Positions 30,378 through 39,374 of a stretch of DNA of 64,000 nt are shown in pieces. Numbering within the stretch: position 1 is the stretch's first letter; each line of letters opens with the position of its first letter. The notes under the pieces are model-generated. The model was not told the origin of the DNA, ran no database searches, and worked only from the letters and a program-made list of their open reading frames with translations. The DNA is taken from assembly GCA_963710755.1 (NCBI GenBank), contig CAVQBK010000003.1, forward strand, positions 928,001 to 992,000, written 5' to 3'. Source of the stretch: an uncultured bacterium. Its GTDB lineage: Bacteria > Oederibacteriota > JAAXVQ01 > JAUVAV01. Position numbers and translations under genes: made by a program.

Positions 30378-30557
30378 ATGAAAGTGGCTTTTTTACTGGA
30401 CGCAGGCCTATCGATACCATTTACAGGGAACAGTACCAAAAGCATTACCGATCATATCCTGTCAGGTAAGGATGTTCACAGGGATACAAATCAGCTGAGA
30501 GCATGCCGGAATGACGAGTTTGACATCTGGTTGGCAGAGGTTATTGTGAGCCATTGA
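30378..30557 (+). pseudogene. truncated SIR2-like N-terminal fragment (59 aa)
   Basis: AAGGAG RBS; MKVAFLLDAGLSIPFTGNSTKSITDHILSG resembles the sirtuin hhhGAGxSxP start; absent from the supplied ORF track. Confidence 0.5.
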
Positions 30558-30616
30558 CGGATAATCGGCAGTAGCTTAAGATAGGTCGTCAATGAAAACA
30601 GAAAAGGCGGCACGAG

Positions 30617-31015
30617 ATGACACCAAAAGATATCCGCTGGCAGCAGCGGTTTCAGAATTACCAAAAGGCTTTTGCCCATTTAAAAGCCGCGGTGGAAAAA
30701 CAAACACTTTCCGATCTGGAAAAAGCCGGGCTGATCCAGATTTATGAATTTACCTTTGAACTGGCCTGGAAGACATTGAAAGATTATTTGGAAGAGAAAA
30801 AAGTGGATGTCAAATTTCCCAAAGATACGATCAAAGAAGCTTTTAAATATGAATTGATCGAAGACGGTGATACCTGGATGGACATGTTGGAAAAACGCAA
30901 CCTTATGGCTCATACTTACAATGAAACCAGCGCGGAACTGGCCTATCGTTTGATCGTTGATCATTATTACCAGGTGTTGGAACAACTGACAGGCAGGCTG
31001 AAAAGGGAAGCATGA
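30617..31015 (+). CDS. HEPN toxin (HI0074-family nucleotidyltransferase substrate-binding protein)
   Basis: DIRWQQRF, GLIQIYEFTFELAWKTLKD, RNLMAHTY (RX4HXY). Confidence 0.93.
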   Translation: MTPKDIRWQQRFQNYQKAFAHLKAAVEKQTLSDLEKAGLIQIYEFTFELAWKTLKDYLEEKKVDVKFPKDTIKEAFKYELIEDGDTWMDMLEKRNLMAHTYNETSAELAYRLIVDHYYQVLEQLTGRLKREA

Positions 31016-31332
31016 ACAACACTTTCGGTATTTCCGACAAATCCTACGACCTTATGATTAAGGCGCTGTCCAGCTATGACCAGCTGGAAGAAGTGCTTAT
31101 CTTCGGCAGCCGTGCCAAAGGCAGCTACAAGCATGGCAGTGATATTGATCTGGCCGTTAAAGGCGAGGGAAGTTCACCGCAGTTGGCGTTGGACATCAAA
31201 AGCCGGCTTAACGAAGCGCTGCCCATACCCTATCATGTGGATGTGGTGGATTATTATTCCTTGAAACAGCCCGAGCTGAAAGAACACATCGACCGGGTCG
31301 GAAAAGTGATCTATATGAGAAAGGCTCCTTAG
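31012..31332 (+). CDS. minimal nucleotidyltransferase (MNT) antitoxin
   Basis: IFGSRAKGSYKHGSDIDLAV (GSX10DXD), HIDRVG; ATGA overlap with the HEPN gene. Confidence 0.93.
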   Translation: MNNTFGISDKSYDLMIKALSSYDQLEEVLIFGSRAKGSYKHGSDIDLAVKGEGSSPQLALDIKSRLNEALPIPYHVDVVDYYSLKQPELKEHIDRVGKVIYMRKAP

Positions 31333-31454
31333 GGTAAGCGGAGGCAGGCCCTGCGTCTGTCCGGAAGTTATGGAAGTCAATCGGGGGACCGTATTTTTTG
31401 AGAAAGTGCCGGCATTAAGGTGCCCGCTTTTCTCAGAGCGAGGTCCCTTTTTTG

Positions 31455-34400
31455 ATGTTTATTCATCTCCATGTACACAGCTATTTTTCCTTTCTCGAAG
31501 GCGGGTCGTCGCCGGAGGTCTTGTGCGAAACGGCCCGTGCCTTGGGTTGTCAATCCCTGGCCCTGACCGACACCAACGGGCTCTACGGGGCCATGCGCTT
31601 TCTCAAGGCCTGCCGTAAAAATAACCTTCATCCCATTTTTGGCGCGCAGATCACCACCAGCCTGCCGGCGCGCTGGCAGGAGCCCTATGCCCTGGTGCTG
31701 GCCAAAGACAATCAGGGCTACAGCGAGCTGTGCCGGCTTATTACCAGCCGACAGCTTGATGCGGACTTTGAGCTGGCCCAAGCCCTGGCGTCATGCACCA
31801 CTCATGTGCTGGTGCTGGTCTCAACTCTGGCCTTGGCCAAAGCCATCAAGCAGCTCGGCAAAGGTCAGGGACTCTATCTGGCAATACAGGATCAGGCGCA
31901 GCGGCCGGATCAGGGCCGCCTGGAGTTAACCATTCAGCAGGCCAGCCAGGCCGGCGTGGCCACGGTCTTCACTCACCCTGTTTATTTCGCCACTGAGCAT
32001 GACCACATTGCCCACAAAGCCTGCCGGGCCATTGGGCTGAACACCACCTTGGAGCGTGTGGCGCCGGCACAATGGGCTTCTGCCTATGCTTATCTCCAAT
32101 CTCCGCAACGCATGCAGGCCCGCCTGGGCGCCTATCGGGCAGTTTGGGAGCGTACACTGCGCATAGCCCGGACCTGCCATGGCCGGCCCCAGACCAACCA
32201 TCTCCACTTTCCCCATTATCCTTTTGCCAAAGGCTCATCCTCTTTTTATTTTTTGTCCAGGTTATGCTTCCAGGGATTACGGCAACGCCTTCGAACGGTC
32301 ACTTCCCAGGCCCTCAGCCAATTGGCTAAGGAGTTAAGCGTTATTGAGGCCAGGCACTATGAAGATTACTTTTTGATTGTGTGGGATATTGTTAAGGAAG
32401 CCAAGCGCCGTGGCATCCCGACCGTAGGCCGGGGCTCAGCGGCCAACAGTTTGGTTAGCTACTGCCTGGGGATTACCCATGTCGATCCCCTCAAACACGG
32501 CCTGTTTTTCGAACGCTTCTTAAATCCCGAACGGATCGACCCGCCAGATATTGATGTGGACTTTCCCTGGGATCAGCGCGACGAAATGCTCGGTTATGCC
32601 TACGAGCGTTTTGGAAAAAAACAAGTGGCCATGCTCTGCAGCATTGTTTACCTCCACGCCCGCTCGGCCATTCGCGAAGCCGGCCGCCTGCTGGGCCTGA
32701 CCGAAGAAGAGTGTTCCGGCTTTTGCAAGCGCCTGCCTTATCAGGCCAAGGTTGAGGGATTGGAACAGGTGATCGCCCTTTATCCTGAAGCCAGGACCCT
32801 GCCTATTAAAGAAGAACCATGGCGCTCAGTGCTCAAACTGGCGGCTTATCTGGACGGTTTGCCCAGGCATCTTTCGGTCCATCCCGGAGGTATCATCATT
32901 CTCGATCAGCCTATCAGTACCATCGTGCCCAAGCAAATGTCGGAAAAAGGCATTGAGGTCACCCAATATGACATGAATGCCGCGGAAGATGCCGGGCTGA
33001 TTAAAATCGATCTGCTGGGCCAGCGGGGGTTGGCCGTAATCCGTGACGTGGCCCGCAGCCAGGGCGTGGACTGGAAAACCGTTGATCCCGAACAGGACGA
33101 GCCCACCAAAGCCCTGATCCGGGAAGGCCAGACCATGGGCTGTTTTTACGTGGAATCGCCGGGCATGCGGCTGCTGCTGAAAAAACTGCGCTGCGACACC
33201 TTTGAATTGCTTACCACCGCATCATCCGCCATCAGGCCGGGTGTGTCGGACAGCGGCATGCGCCAGATGTTTATTGAACGCCATCTCGGTCTGGCGCCCG
33301 TGGTGTATGCCCATCCTGCCTTGGAGCCCCTGCTCAAGGATACCTGCGGGGTCATGATCTTTCAGGAGGATGTGATCAAGGCCGTGCATTTTATCGCCGG
33401 CATGAGTCTGGGTGAAGCGGACAAATTGCGGCGCTGCATCGGATTTAAACAGCATGAGGAGCGCATTACGGATTACAAGCAGCGGTTTATGGAAGGTGCC
33501 CGTGAGCGCCAGGTCAGCCAAGCCGCGGCCGAGGAGATCTGGAGCCAGATTGAATCTTTCGCAGGGTTTGCCTTCTGCAAGGCCCACAGTGCTTCATATG
33601 CCCAGTTGTCTTTTCAGGCTGCTTATTTAAAGGTTCATTATCCGGCGGCCTTCATGGCCGCGGTTTTGAGCAACCAGGGTGGATTCTACGGGCCTTCGGC
33701 TTATGTGGAGGAGTCCCGTAGGATGGGCCTGACCATCAAGGGGCCGGACGTGAACCGCAGCGCATGGTCATATGCTGGTCAAGACAGCACTTTGGTTATG
33801 GGATTGATGGCCGTGGAAGGCCTGGGTTCCGAAGCCGGTCAGACTCTGATTCGTGAACGGGAGGCCAATGGTCCTTACCTGGATTTGCCGGACTTGCTGG
33901 GCCGCACGCATTTGGCGCCTGAAAAAGTGGACAAACTTATTGCCTGCGGGGCCTGCGACAGCCTGGACCACAAACGGGTAGACCTCTATTGGCAGCTGAT
34001 TATTCACCAGTCCCAACGCTTGCCAGGGACATTACCTTTAGCGTTGCAGGAAAAAGAGGTGTTGCCGGACTTGGCGGACATGAAAAGTGTGGAAAAATTT
34101 CAGCAGACTTATCACCAGATGAGGGTGTCCCCAGGCGCCCATCCGCTGGTGCAATACCGGGAGCAATTGGCATTCCTGAAACAGCAGGGCATGATCAATG
34201 CCAATGCCTTGGAGCACCATGTAGGCCGTCTGGTGCTGCTCTGCGGCTGGCTGGTCACGGCCAAAGGGTGCGATGTGCGCAAGACCGGGCAGCGCATGAA
34301 ATTTCTGACGCTCGAGGATTTTACCGCTATTTATGAGGTCACCCTTTTTCCTGATGTTTATAATCGTGACGGCCACAAGCTAAGCGGCAGAGGTCCCTAC

Positions 34401-34478
34401 CTGATAGAAGGCGTGGTTGATAATGATCACGGCGGGCTTACGGTTACAGCCCGGCGGCTGGGACGGTTAGGGCTTTAG
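31455..34478 (+). CDS. dnaE2: error-prone DNA polymerase III alpha subunit (DnaE2-type)
   Basis: PHP HLHVHSYFSFLEG, GRGSAANS, PPDIDVDF, HLSVHPGG, FCKAHS, SNQGGFY; ends after the OB fold; near dinB. Confidence 0.92.
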   Translation: MFIHLHVHSYFSFLEGGSSPEVLCETARALGCQSLALTDTNGLYGAMRFLKACRKNNLHPIFGAQITTSLPARWQEPYALVLAKDNQGYSELCRLITSRQLDADFELAQALASCTTHVLVLVSTLALAKAIKQLGKGQGLYLAIQDQAQRPDQGRLELTIQQASQAGVATVFTHPVYFATEHDHIAHKACRAIGLNTTLERVAPAQWASAYAYLQSPQRMQARLGAYRAVWERTLRIARTCHGRPQTNHLHFPHYPFAKGSSSFYFLSRLCFQGLRQRLRTVTSQALSQLAKELSVIEARHYEDYFLIVWDIVKEAKRRGIPTVGRGSAANSLVSYCLGITHVDPLKHGLFFERFLNPERIDPPDIDVDFPWDQRDEMLGYAYERFGKKQVAMLCSIVYLHARSAIREAGRLLGLTEEECSGFCKRLPYQAKVEGLEQVIALYPEARTLPIKEEPWRSVLKLAAYLDGLPRHLSVHPGGIIILDQPISTIVPKQMSEKGIEVTQYDMNAAEDAGLIKIDLLGQRGLAVIRDVARSQGVDWKTVDPEQDEPTKALIREGQTMGCFYVESPGMRLLLKKLRCDTFELLTTASSAIRPGVSDSGMRQMFIERHLGLAPVVYAHPALEPLLKDTCGVMIFQEDVIKAVHFIAGMSLGEADKLRRCIGFKQHEERITDYKQRFMEGARERQVSQAAAEEIWSQIESFAGFAFCKAHSASYAQLSFQAAYLKVHYPAAFMAAVLSNQGGFYGPSAYVEESRRMGLTIKGPDVNRSAWSYAGQDSTLVMGLMAVEGLGSEAGQTLIREREANGPYLDLPDLLGRTHLAPEKVDKLIACGACDSLDHKRVDLYWQLIIHQSQRLPGTLPLALQEKEVLPDLADMKSVEKFQQTYHQMRVSPGAHPLVQYREQLAFLKQQGMINANALEHHVGRLVLLCGWLVTAKGCDVRKTGQRMKFLTLEDFTAIYEVTLFPDVYNRDGHKLSGRGPYLIEGVVDNDHGGLTVTARRLGRLGL

Positions 34479-34756
34479 CACGGTAAAACCGAAAAAGCGC
34501 TCTCTCGCTAAATCGCCAAGCATGCAAAGGAAAGATAAATCATTTTTAAGATTAAAATCTATCATGAGCCTGTATTTTTTCTTCTTTGGCGGCTTGGTGC
34601 GCGTTGAATGGATAATCATTTTTCCTAAGGGTCACAATTTGGAGCCCTTACCAATGAATTAATAGACGTAACATGCCTAAGTATAAAGAGATAACCCATA
34701 AATACCGTTTATTCCAAAAGGGATGACGGGATTTTTGCAAGGAATTTAAACAGCAC

Positions 34757-34785
34757 TTGCACTGTATGGCTGCATGTACTAATAT
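34757..34785 (+). promoter_or_regulatory. possible sigma70 promoter
   Basis: TTGCAC-N17-TAATAT upstream of ATG 34822. Confidence 0.45.
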
Positions 34786-34821
34786 AAGCGGTGTTTAAAT
34801 GTGCGTGGAGGATGGAATTCT

Positions 34822-37800
34822 ATGGAAGAGCAACTTCAACAGCTGCGCGACTACCTGGCTCAAGAACAGGTGACACCTCCTGAGGTGAAGGAGGCCATGC
34901 TGGCAGCCTATGTAATCATCAGCCGGTTAAACCAGGAAAAAGGTAATCCTGAAGTAGGACTAACCCAGCAGATCTCAGGGCTGATCGGTCATATTAACGG
35001 GTTCATGGGGGCTGTTTTTTGGGAAAGAGGTTATGATTTTGATCATCCCACGGTAGCGCAATTAAAGGAAATTAAGATGATGCTTGATGGCATGGCCAAG
35101 ATTTACGCCTTGCCGGAGCATTTTCAGGAAGCCCTCAATGATTTGGTCAAAGCCATTGTGGATAAAGGCGATGGACGGGCCTTTGCTATTTCCGCGGAAA
35201 CAGAAGCCCTGCTTGGCCAAGTCCTCGTGCCTACCATAGAGGCAACAGCAGAGGAAACAGCGCCAGCGGAGACTGCAGATTTGTCCGGGGAAATTGAAAC
35301 TGCGCCGTCCACCAGCGCACAAGCACCCCTGACGGAAGAAGTAAGCTTGGAAGATTTTGACCGTATCTTTGGCGAGACCCAGGACAGCACCATAGAAGAA
35401 CAGCCGGCTTACGACAGCAACCAGGACATGGTTTCAATGGCGGCAGCAGAAACGACGCCGGAAAGCCCTGCTGTCGGGGAGCGCCCCCAGGAACCGTCGC
35501 TTCCGGATATAAACAACGGGTCCGTTTTTGGAGATGAATTGCCTACCGCCACGGAATCGGATTCTCCCATGACCGGGATGGACACAGAAATCCCAACGGA
35601 AAATTCTGTTGTCCAGGAAGACTTTACGGAACCATTGGCAACAGACATAGACAGTGAGCCTGTAGTTGCTGATGAATTGCAACAAGCTGAGCCGCAACCC
35701 CCAACGTCTACGGAACCGCCTTCTGCTTGGGAAGAAAACAATGAACCTCCAACTGCGCAGACAGGTAGTCCGGAAATCATTCCGCCAACTGATGACACCA
35801 CTCTTGGAAGTGCAGACACTGATGAGACAAGTGGCAATGTTTCCGAAAGTTTAGGCCTGGACGAATCCGTGGTTGAAACCAATATTATTGATTTTGAAGT
35901 ACCTGCTCCGGACGACGAGGAGGAGATTACGGAACAACCAGAGAATACGATTGAGGTGGTGCACCCGTTGGAACGGATCAGCAAACCCAAAGCCCGTAAA
36001 AAGACGACCACCAAAACCAAGAAGACCGCCGCCAAGAAAGCCAAAAGTGAAGCTGTGCAGGCACCCAAAAAGAGGGGGCGAAAGAAGAAAGAACTAACCC
36101 CGGAAGAAGAAGCGGAAAAGAAAAAAAGACGGCGGGGACGAAAGAAGACCAAGCTTAAAATTGATTTGGCCGCTATCGAAGTGCCTGAGGATTTTATGAG
36201 TGAAGAAGAGGAAGAGCCCAGAGCTATTCCTGACCCCGCCATACCCCGCATCGATGTATCGGCAGCACCTTTTGATGATCAGAGTCAGGCAAATCCAGCA
36301 CCGGAAGCGATGGCCGGAACCGAGGGTTCGGAAATACCGGCAGAGGACAGCACGGCTCCTTCCCAACGCCAGATCAATCCCCAAGCACGTCCCTTGCCTC
36401 AGGACCAGGATTTGGACAGCTTGATGAACTCCGTTGATCAGCCGCTGCCCTCAGAGGCAGTCCGGGTAAGTGATGGCACCAGCCTCGATGAAATTGCCCA
36501 AGCTTTTGAAGAACCTGTGCCCACCTTTGAGGATGAAGCTCCGGCGGAACCTTGGAGCATGGCGGCGGCTGAAGATCAGGTCACTGTTGAGGACTTGCCT
36601 CCGGCCCCGGTCGCACCTATTGCAGAAGACCAGCAGACAGAACCAACCTGGACGGAAGCAGAAGTCTCTGAGCCAACCGCGGACAGGAATACGGAGTCCG
36701 CTTTACCAGGGGAAGAGTTCATTGAACCAGAGTTGTCACCAATAGTACCTGGACAGGCTCAATCTGGTTGGGAGGCCTCCGATCAGGAAGATGATATCAG
36801 CCATCAGCGCGGTGATGACTTCAGTGCTTTTGATGATCTGCCTTTGGCCCCGGAAGCGCCGGCCAGGGAAGAAGTGGACCGAGCGTTTGATGAAGTCACT
36901 ACGCCTACCCCTGCCGAAGAGGAAATTCCGCAGACAACGGCTTTTGAGCAGTCCTGGGAAGAATCGCTGCAAATGGAACCGCCGGTGCCAAGCAGTGAGA
37001 AGACGCAGGACGCACCCGCGCAGGACGAACCCGGTGCTTTTGATATGCTGGGAGTCATTGAAGAAAGCGAGCAAATCTCTGACGGAGAGGGCGCTCAACC
37101 TCCGGTCGAGCTGACTGACGACGATCAGCAGACCAGGCCGGAAGCCTCGGCTTTGCCGGAAGACGCCAACAAGGCTGTCGCAAATACGGACCTGCAGGTG
37201 GAAGATGAAGGCGGTTTGGAAGATCAGGACAATACGTTTTCCCTGGAAGCCTTGACCTCTCAAGAGGAAAAACGCCTTCAGCAGGAAGTGGTTTCCGACC
37301 CCTCCATTTTCGACGAACTGGCCAAGGAAGAATCTTCCAAGGATATTGGGCTGGACTATGATCTGGGAGTGCCCGCTATTCCTGGAAGTGGAAATCAGCA
37401 ACCCGCAAATCAAGCTGCTTTCCACGCCAAAGCCGGTAACAACCTCGTGGAGGACCAGGACCAGCAGGCGGAAAATGAGGAAACGCGCCAACGTCTGGAA
37501 AGCAATGAAGAACATCACGATGATCCCTTCAACCAAGGCTGGGCCAAACCGGAAAACACGCCCGCCTATTCCCAGGGCGTGGACCTGTCTGAGAAACCGG
37601 CGCCACCACGGCGGCCACCTTCGGCCTGGGCGGCAATGATGATCCTGTTGTTGGGGGTGGTACTCGGCGCTGGCGGTGCCTATTATTGGTTTGGCATTGA
37701 AAAAGTCAAACAATCGGAACTGGAAATTAAAAATCTGGTAAGTCAGGTTAAGACTGTAACCGAGGAAAGCCTGGCCTCTAAGAAGGAAATTGAACGGCTG

Positions 37801-38124
37801 GAAAAAACCATTGCCACAGTGGGCAAGAAAAAAGCAGCACTTTATACGGGGGCACCTTTGAAACCGAACTATTATGGAACCGATCAAGGGATGGTGCTTT
37901 ACTGGCTGGATAAAGGACCACTGCGGTCTTATTATGTGTATCGTGCCAAAGGAACGCGGGGTACTCTGAAAAAAGTCCTGGCCAAACCGTTGCCTAAAAA
38001 TGTACTGCGTTTTCGCAGGATCAGTCAGGGGACTTGGCGTTTTGCCGTCAGCGCGGTTAATGAAAACGGGCAGGAATCCCCCATGAGTCCCGTGCTTACC
38101 TTACGCTTTCCCCTAAAGGATTAA
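34822..38124 (+). CDS. large acidic low-complexity bitopic protein with C-terminal coiled coil and FN3-like domain
   Basis: Helical N-domain, ~800 aa E/D/P-rich region with a K/R island, TM (AWAAMMILLLGVVLGAGGAYYWF), LYW..SYYVYRA..FAVSAVNENGQES. Confidence 0.85.
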   Translation: MEEQLQQLRDYLAQEQVTPPEVKEAMLAAYVIISRLNQEKGNPEVGLTQQISGLIGHINGFMGAVFWERGYDFDHPTVAQLKEIKMMLDGMAKIYALPEHFQEALNDLVKAIVDKGDGRAFAISAETEALLGQVLVPTIEATAEETAPAETADLSGEIETAPSTSAQAPLTEEVSLEDFDRIFGETQDSTIEEQPAYDSNQDMVSMAAAETTPESPAVGERPQEPSLPDINNGSVFGDELPTATESDSPMTGMDTEIPTENSVVQEDFTEPLATDIDSEPVVADELQQAEPQPPTSTEPPSAWEENNEPPTAQTGSPEIIPPTDDTTLGSADTDETSGNVSESLGLDESVVETNIIDFEVPAPDDEEEITEQPENTIEVVHPLERISKPKARKKTTTKTKKTAAKKAKSEAVQAPKKRGRKKKELTPEEEAEKKKRRRGRKKTKLKIDLAAIEVPEDFMSEEEEEPRAIPDPAIPRIDVSAAPFDDQSQANPAPEAMAGTEGSEIPAEDSTAPSQRQINPQARPLPQDQDLDSLMNSVDQPLPSEAVRVSDGTSLDEIAQAFEEPVPTFEDEAPAEPWSMAAAEDQVTVEDLPPAPVAPIAEDQQTEPTWTEAEVSEPTADRNTESALPGEEFIEPELSPIVPGQAQSGWEASDQEDDISHQRGDDFSAFDDLPLAPEAPAREEVDRAFDEVTTPTPAEEEIPQTTAFEQSWEESLQMEPPVPSSEKTQDAPAQDEPGAFDMLGVIEESEQISDGEGAQPPVELTDDDQQTRPEASALPEDANKAVANTDLQVEDEGGLEDQDNTFSLEALTSQEEKRLQQEVVSDPSIFDELAKEESSKDIGLDYDLGVPAIPGSGNQQPANQAAFHAKAGNNLVEDQDQQAENEETRQRLESNEEHHDDPFNQGWAKPENTPAYSQGVDLSEKPAPPRRPPSAWAAMMILLLGVVLGAGGAYYWFGIEKVKQSELEIKNLVSQVKTVTEESLASKKEIERLEKTIATVGKKKAALYTGAPLKPNYYGTDQGMVLYWLDKGPLRSYYVYRAKGTRGTLKKVLAKPLPKNVLRFRRISQGTWRFAVSAVNENGQESPMSPVLTLRFPLKD

Positions 38125-38195
38125 AATATCCGCGAGAACAGGAGGGGTCGTCAGTTTCTTTTTTTAGGAATAGGGCTTGGTGGTGTCAGCTCTGC

Positions 38196-39374
38196 CTAAA
38201 ATTCAAATTGCAGTTGAGTGATGAATAGATCGGCGCCGGTAAATTGGTGTGGTTTGAAATCTTTGTACAGCGCCAGATAATTGCCCTGCAAACGCCAAGC
38301 ACTGCTCAACTTCCAGATTAAGCCCAAGGTCAGGGCCTGATAACGGGTGCCTGGAGCATGGGCACCATCACTAAAAAAAGCCACACTCTCCTCCCATTTG
38401 CCGGTCAGGCTGATGGCCGGTTCGTGAAATAAATCCCATTGACTTAAAATATAGTAGCCTTGCGCCCAGTGACCATCGAGGTTTTTGGCCAGCCATTCAC
38501 CGCGTACGGTTACAGCATCAATTTGAAAAAGCATGTCCGGGCCAAGCACGGCAACAGGGCCTGCTTGATCAAGCAACGTGGCGGGAATGAAAAGGGACGA
38601 AAGCGCTTGCCCGCTTTTTTGGCTGCCAATGGGGAGGTAAGCTTCATGATGTTGTTCCCATGCGGACCATCCCCAGGACGCAGAGAACCCGAGTGCCCAT
38701 TGCCCGTGCCCATTCTGGTTCTGCCACTGTCGGCTAACCCCCGCCCGGCCGGTGAGCTGGCTGGGCCAATCAGGCCGAGCCAAAGCGCCGTTACTGGTCA
38801 CCAAGCCCAGTTGAGCGTGCGCCTGCCATCCTGGCCAAGGGCCGGGATAATGAGCATTCAGACGGATGCCATAGGCATACTGATCCATGAACTTAAAGCC
38901 CAGATCGGATACCCAGCCGAAATTACCAAACCCATAGATCAAGGCTCTTTCTACTGTTGGCAAAAGCCGGGAAGAGAGCTGATTTTCCAGCCCGAAGGGC
39001 ACGGTGATGAGGCCTGCCTGACTGGTTATAAGTGGTGTTGGGGTCCAGCTGACGTAAGCGGATTCGATCACACCTTTGCTGCCGGTAATGACGGCTTTGG
39101 CGCGGACATGCCAGGTGTGGCCGGCCAGAGGGGTCCCCAGCGAAATTTCCAAACGGTTAAGATATACTGCAGTTTCTGATTCGCCGCCGGCTTGGCTGGG
39201 ATCGGGCAGGGTGTTGAGGGGGCCATGTAATTTCTCCGTATTGATGAGAAATGCGGTCAGGCGGCCTTGACCATAGCCGCTGAACGTATAATCCAATAAA
39301 GGCCGTTCGGCGGCCAGACTCAGGCCGGTTAAGCTCAGCAGTAATAGTGCCAGGAACCACCTCAATAGCGCCAT
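38196..39374 (-). CDS. outer-membrane porin, OprO/OprP-like
   Basis: Signal peptide, SAYVSW..GLITVPFGLE...ERA, amphipathic strands, terminal QLQFEF. Confidence 0.75.
   Translation of the reverse strand: MALLRWFLALLLLSLTGLSLAAERPLLDYTFSGYGQGRLTAFLINTEKLHGPLNTLPDPSQAGGESETAVYLNRLEISLGTPLAGHTWHVRAKAVITGSKGVIESAYVSWTPTPLITSQAGLITVPFGLENQLSSRLLPTVERALIYGFGNFGWVSDLGFKFMDQYAYGIRLNAHYPGPWPGWQAHAQLGLVTSNGALARPDWPSQLTGRAGVSRQWQNQNGHGQWALGFSASWGWSAWEQHHEAYLPIGSQKSGQALSSLFIPATLLDQAGPVAVLGPDMLFQIDAVTVRGEWLAKNLDGHWAQGYYILSQWDLFHEPAISLTGKWEESVAFFSDGAHAPGTRYQALTLGLIWKLSSAWRLQGNYLALYKDFKPHQFTGADLFITQLQFEF

Noticed and set aside
28461-34800. Prophage or integrative element
   Set aside because: No integrase, transposase, phage structural gene or flanking att repeat was seen.
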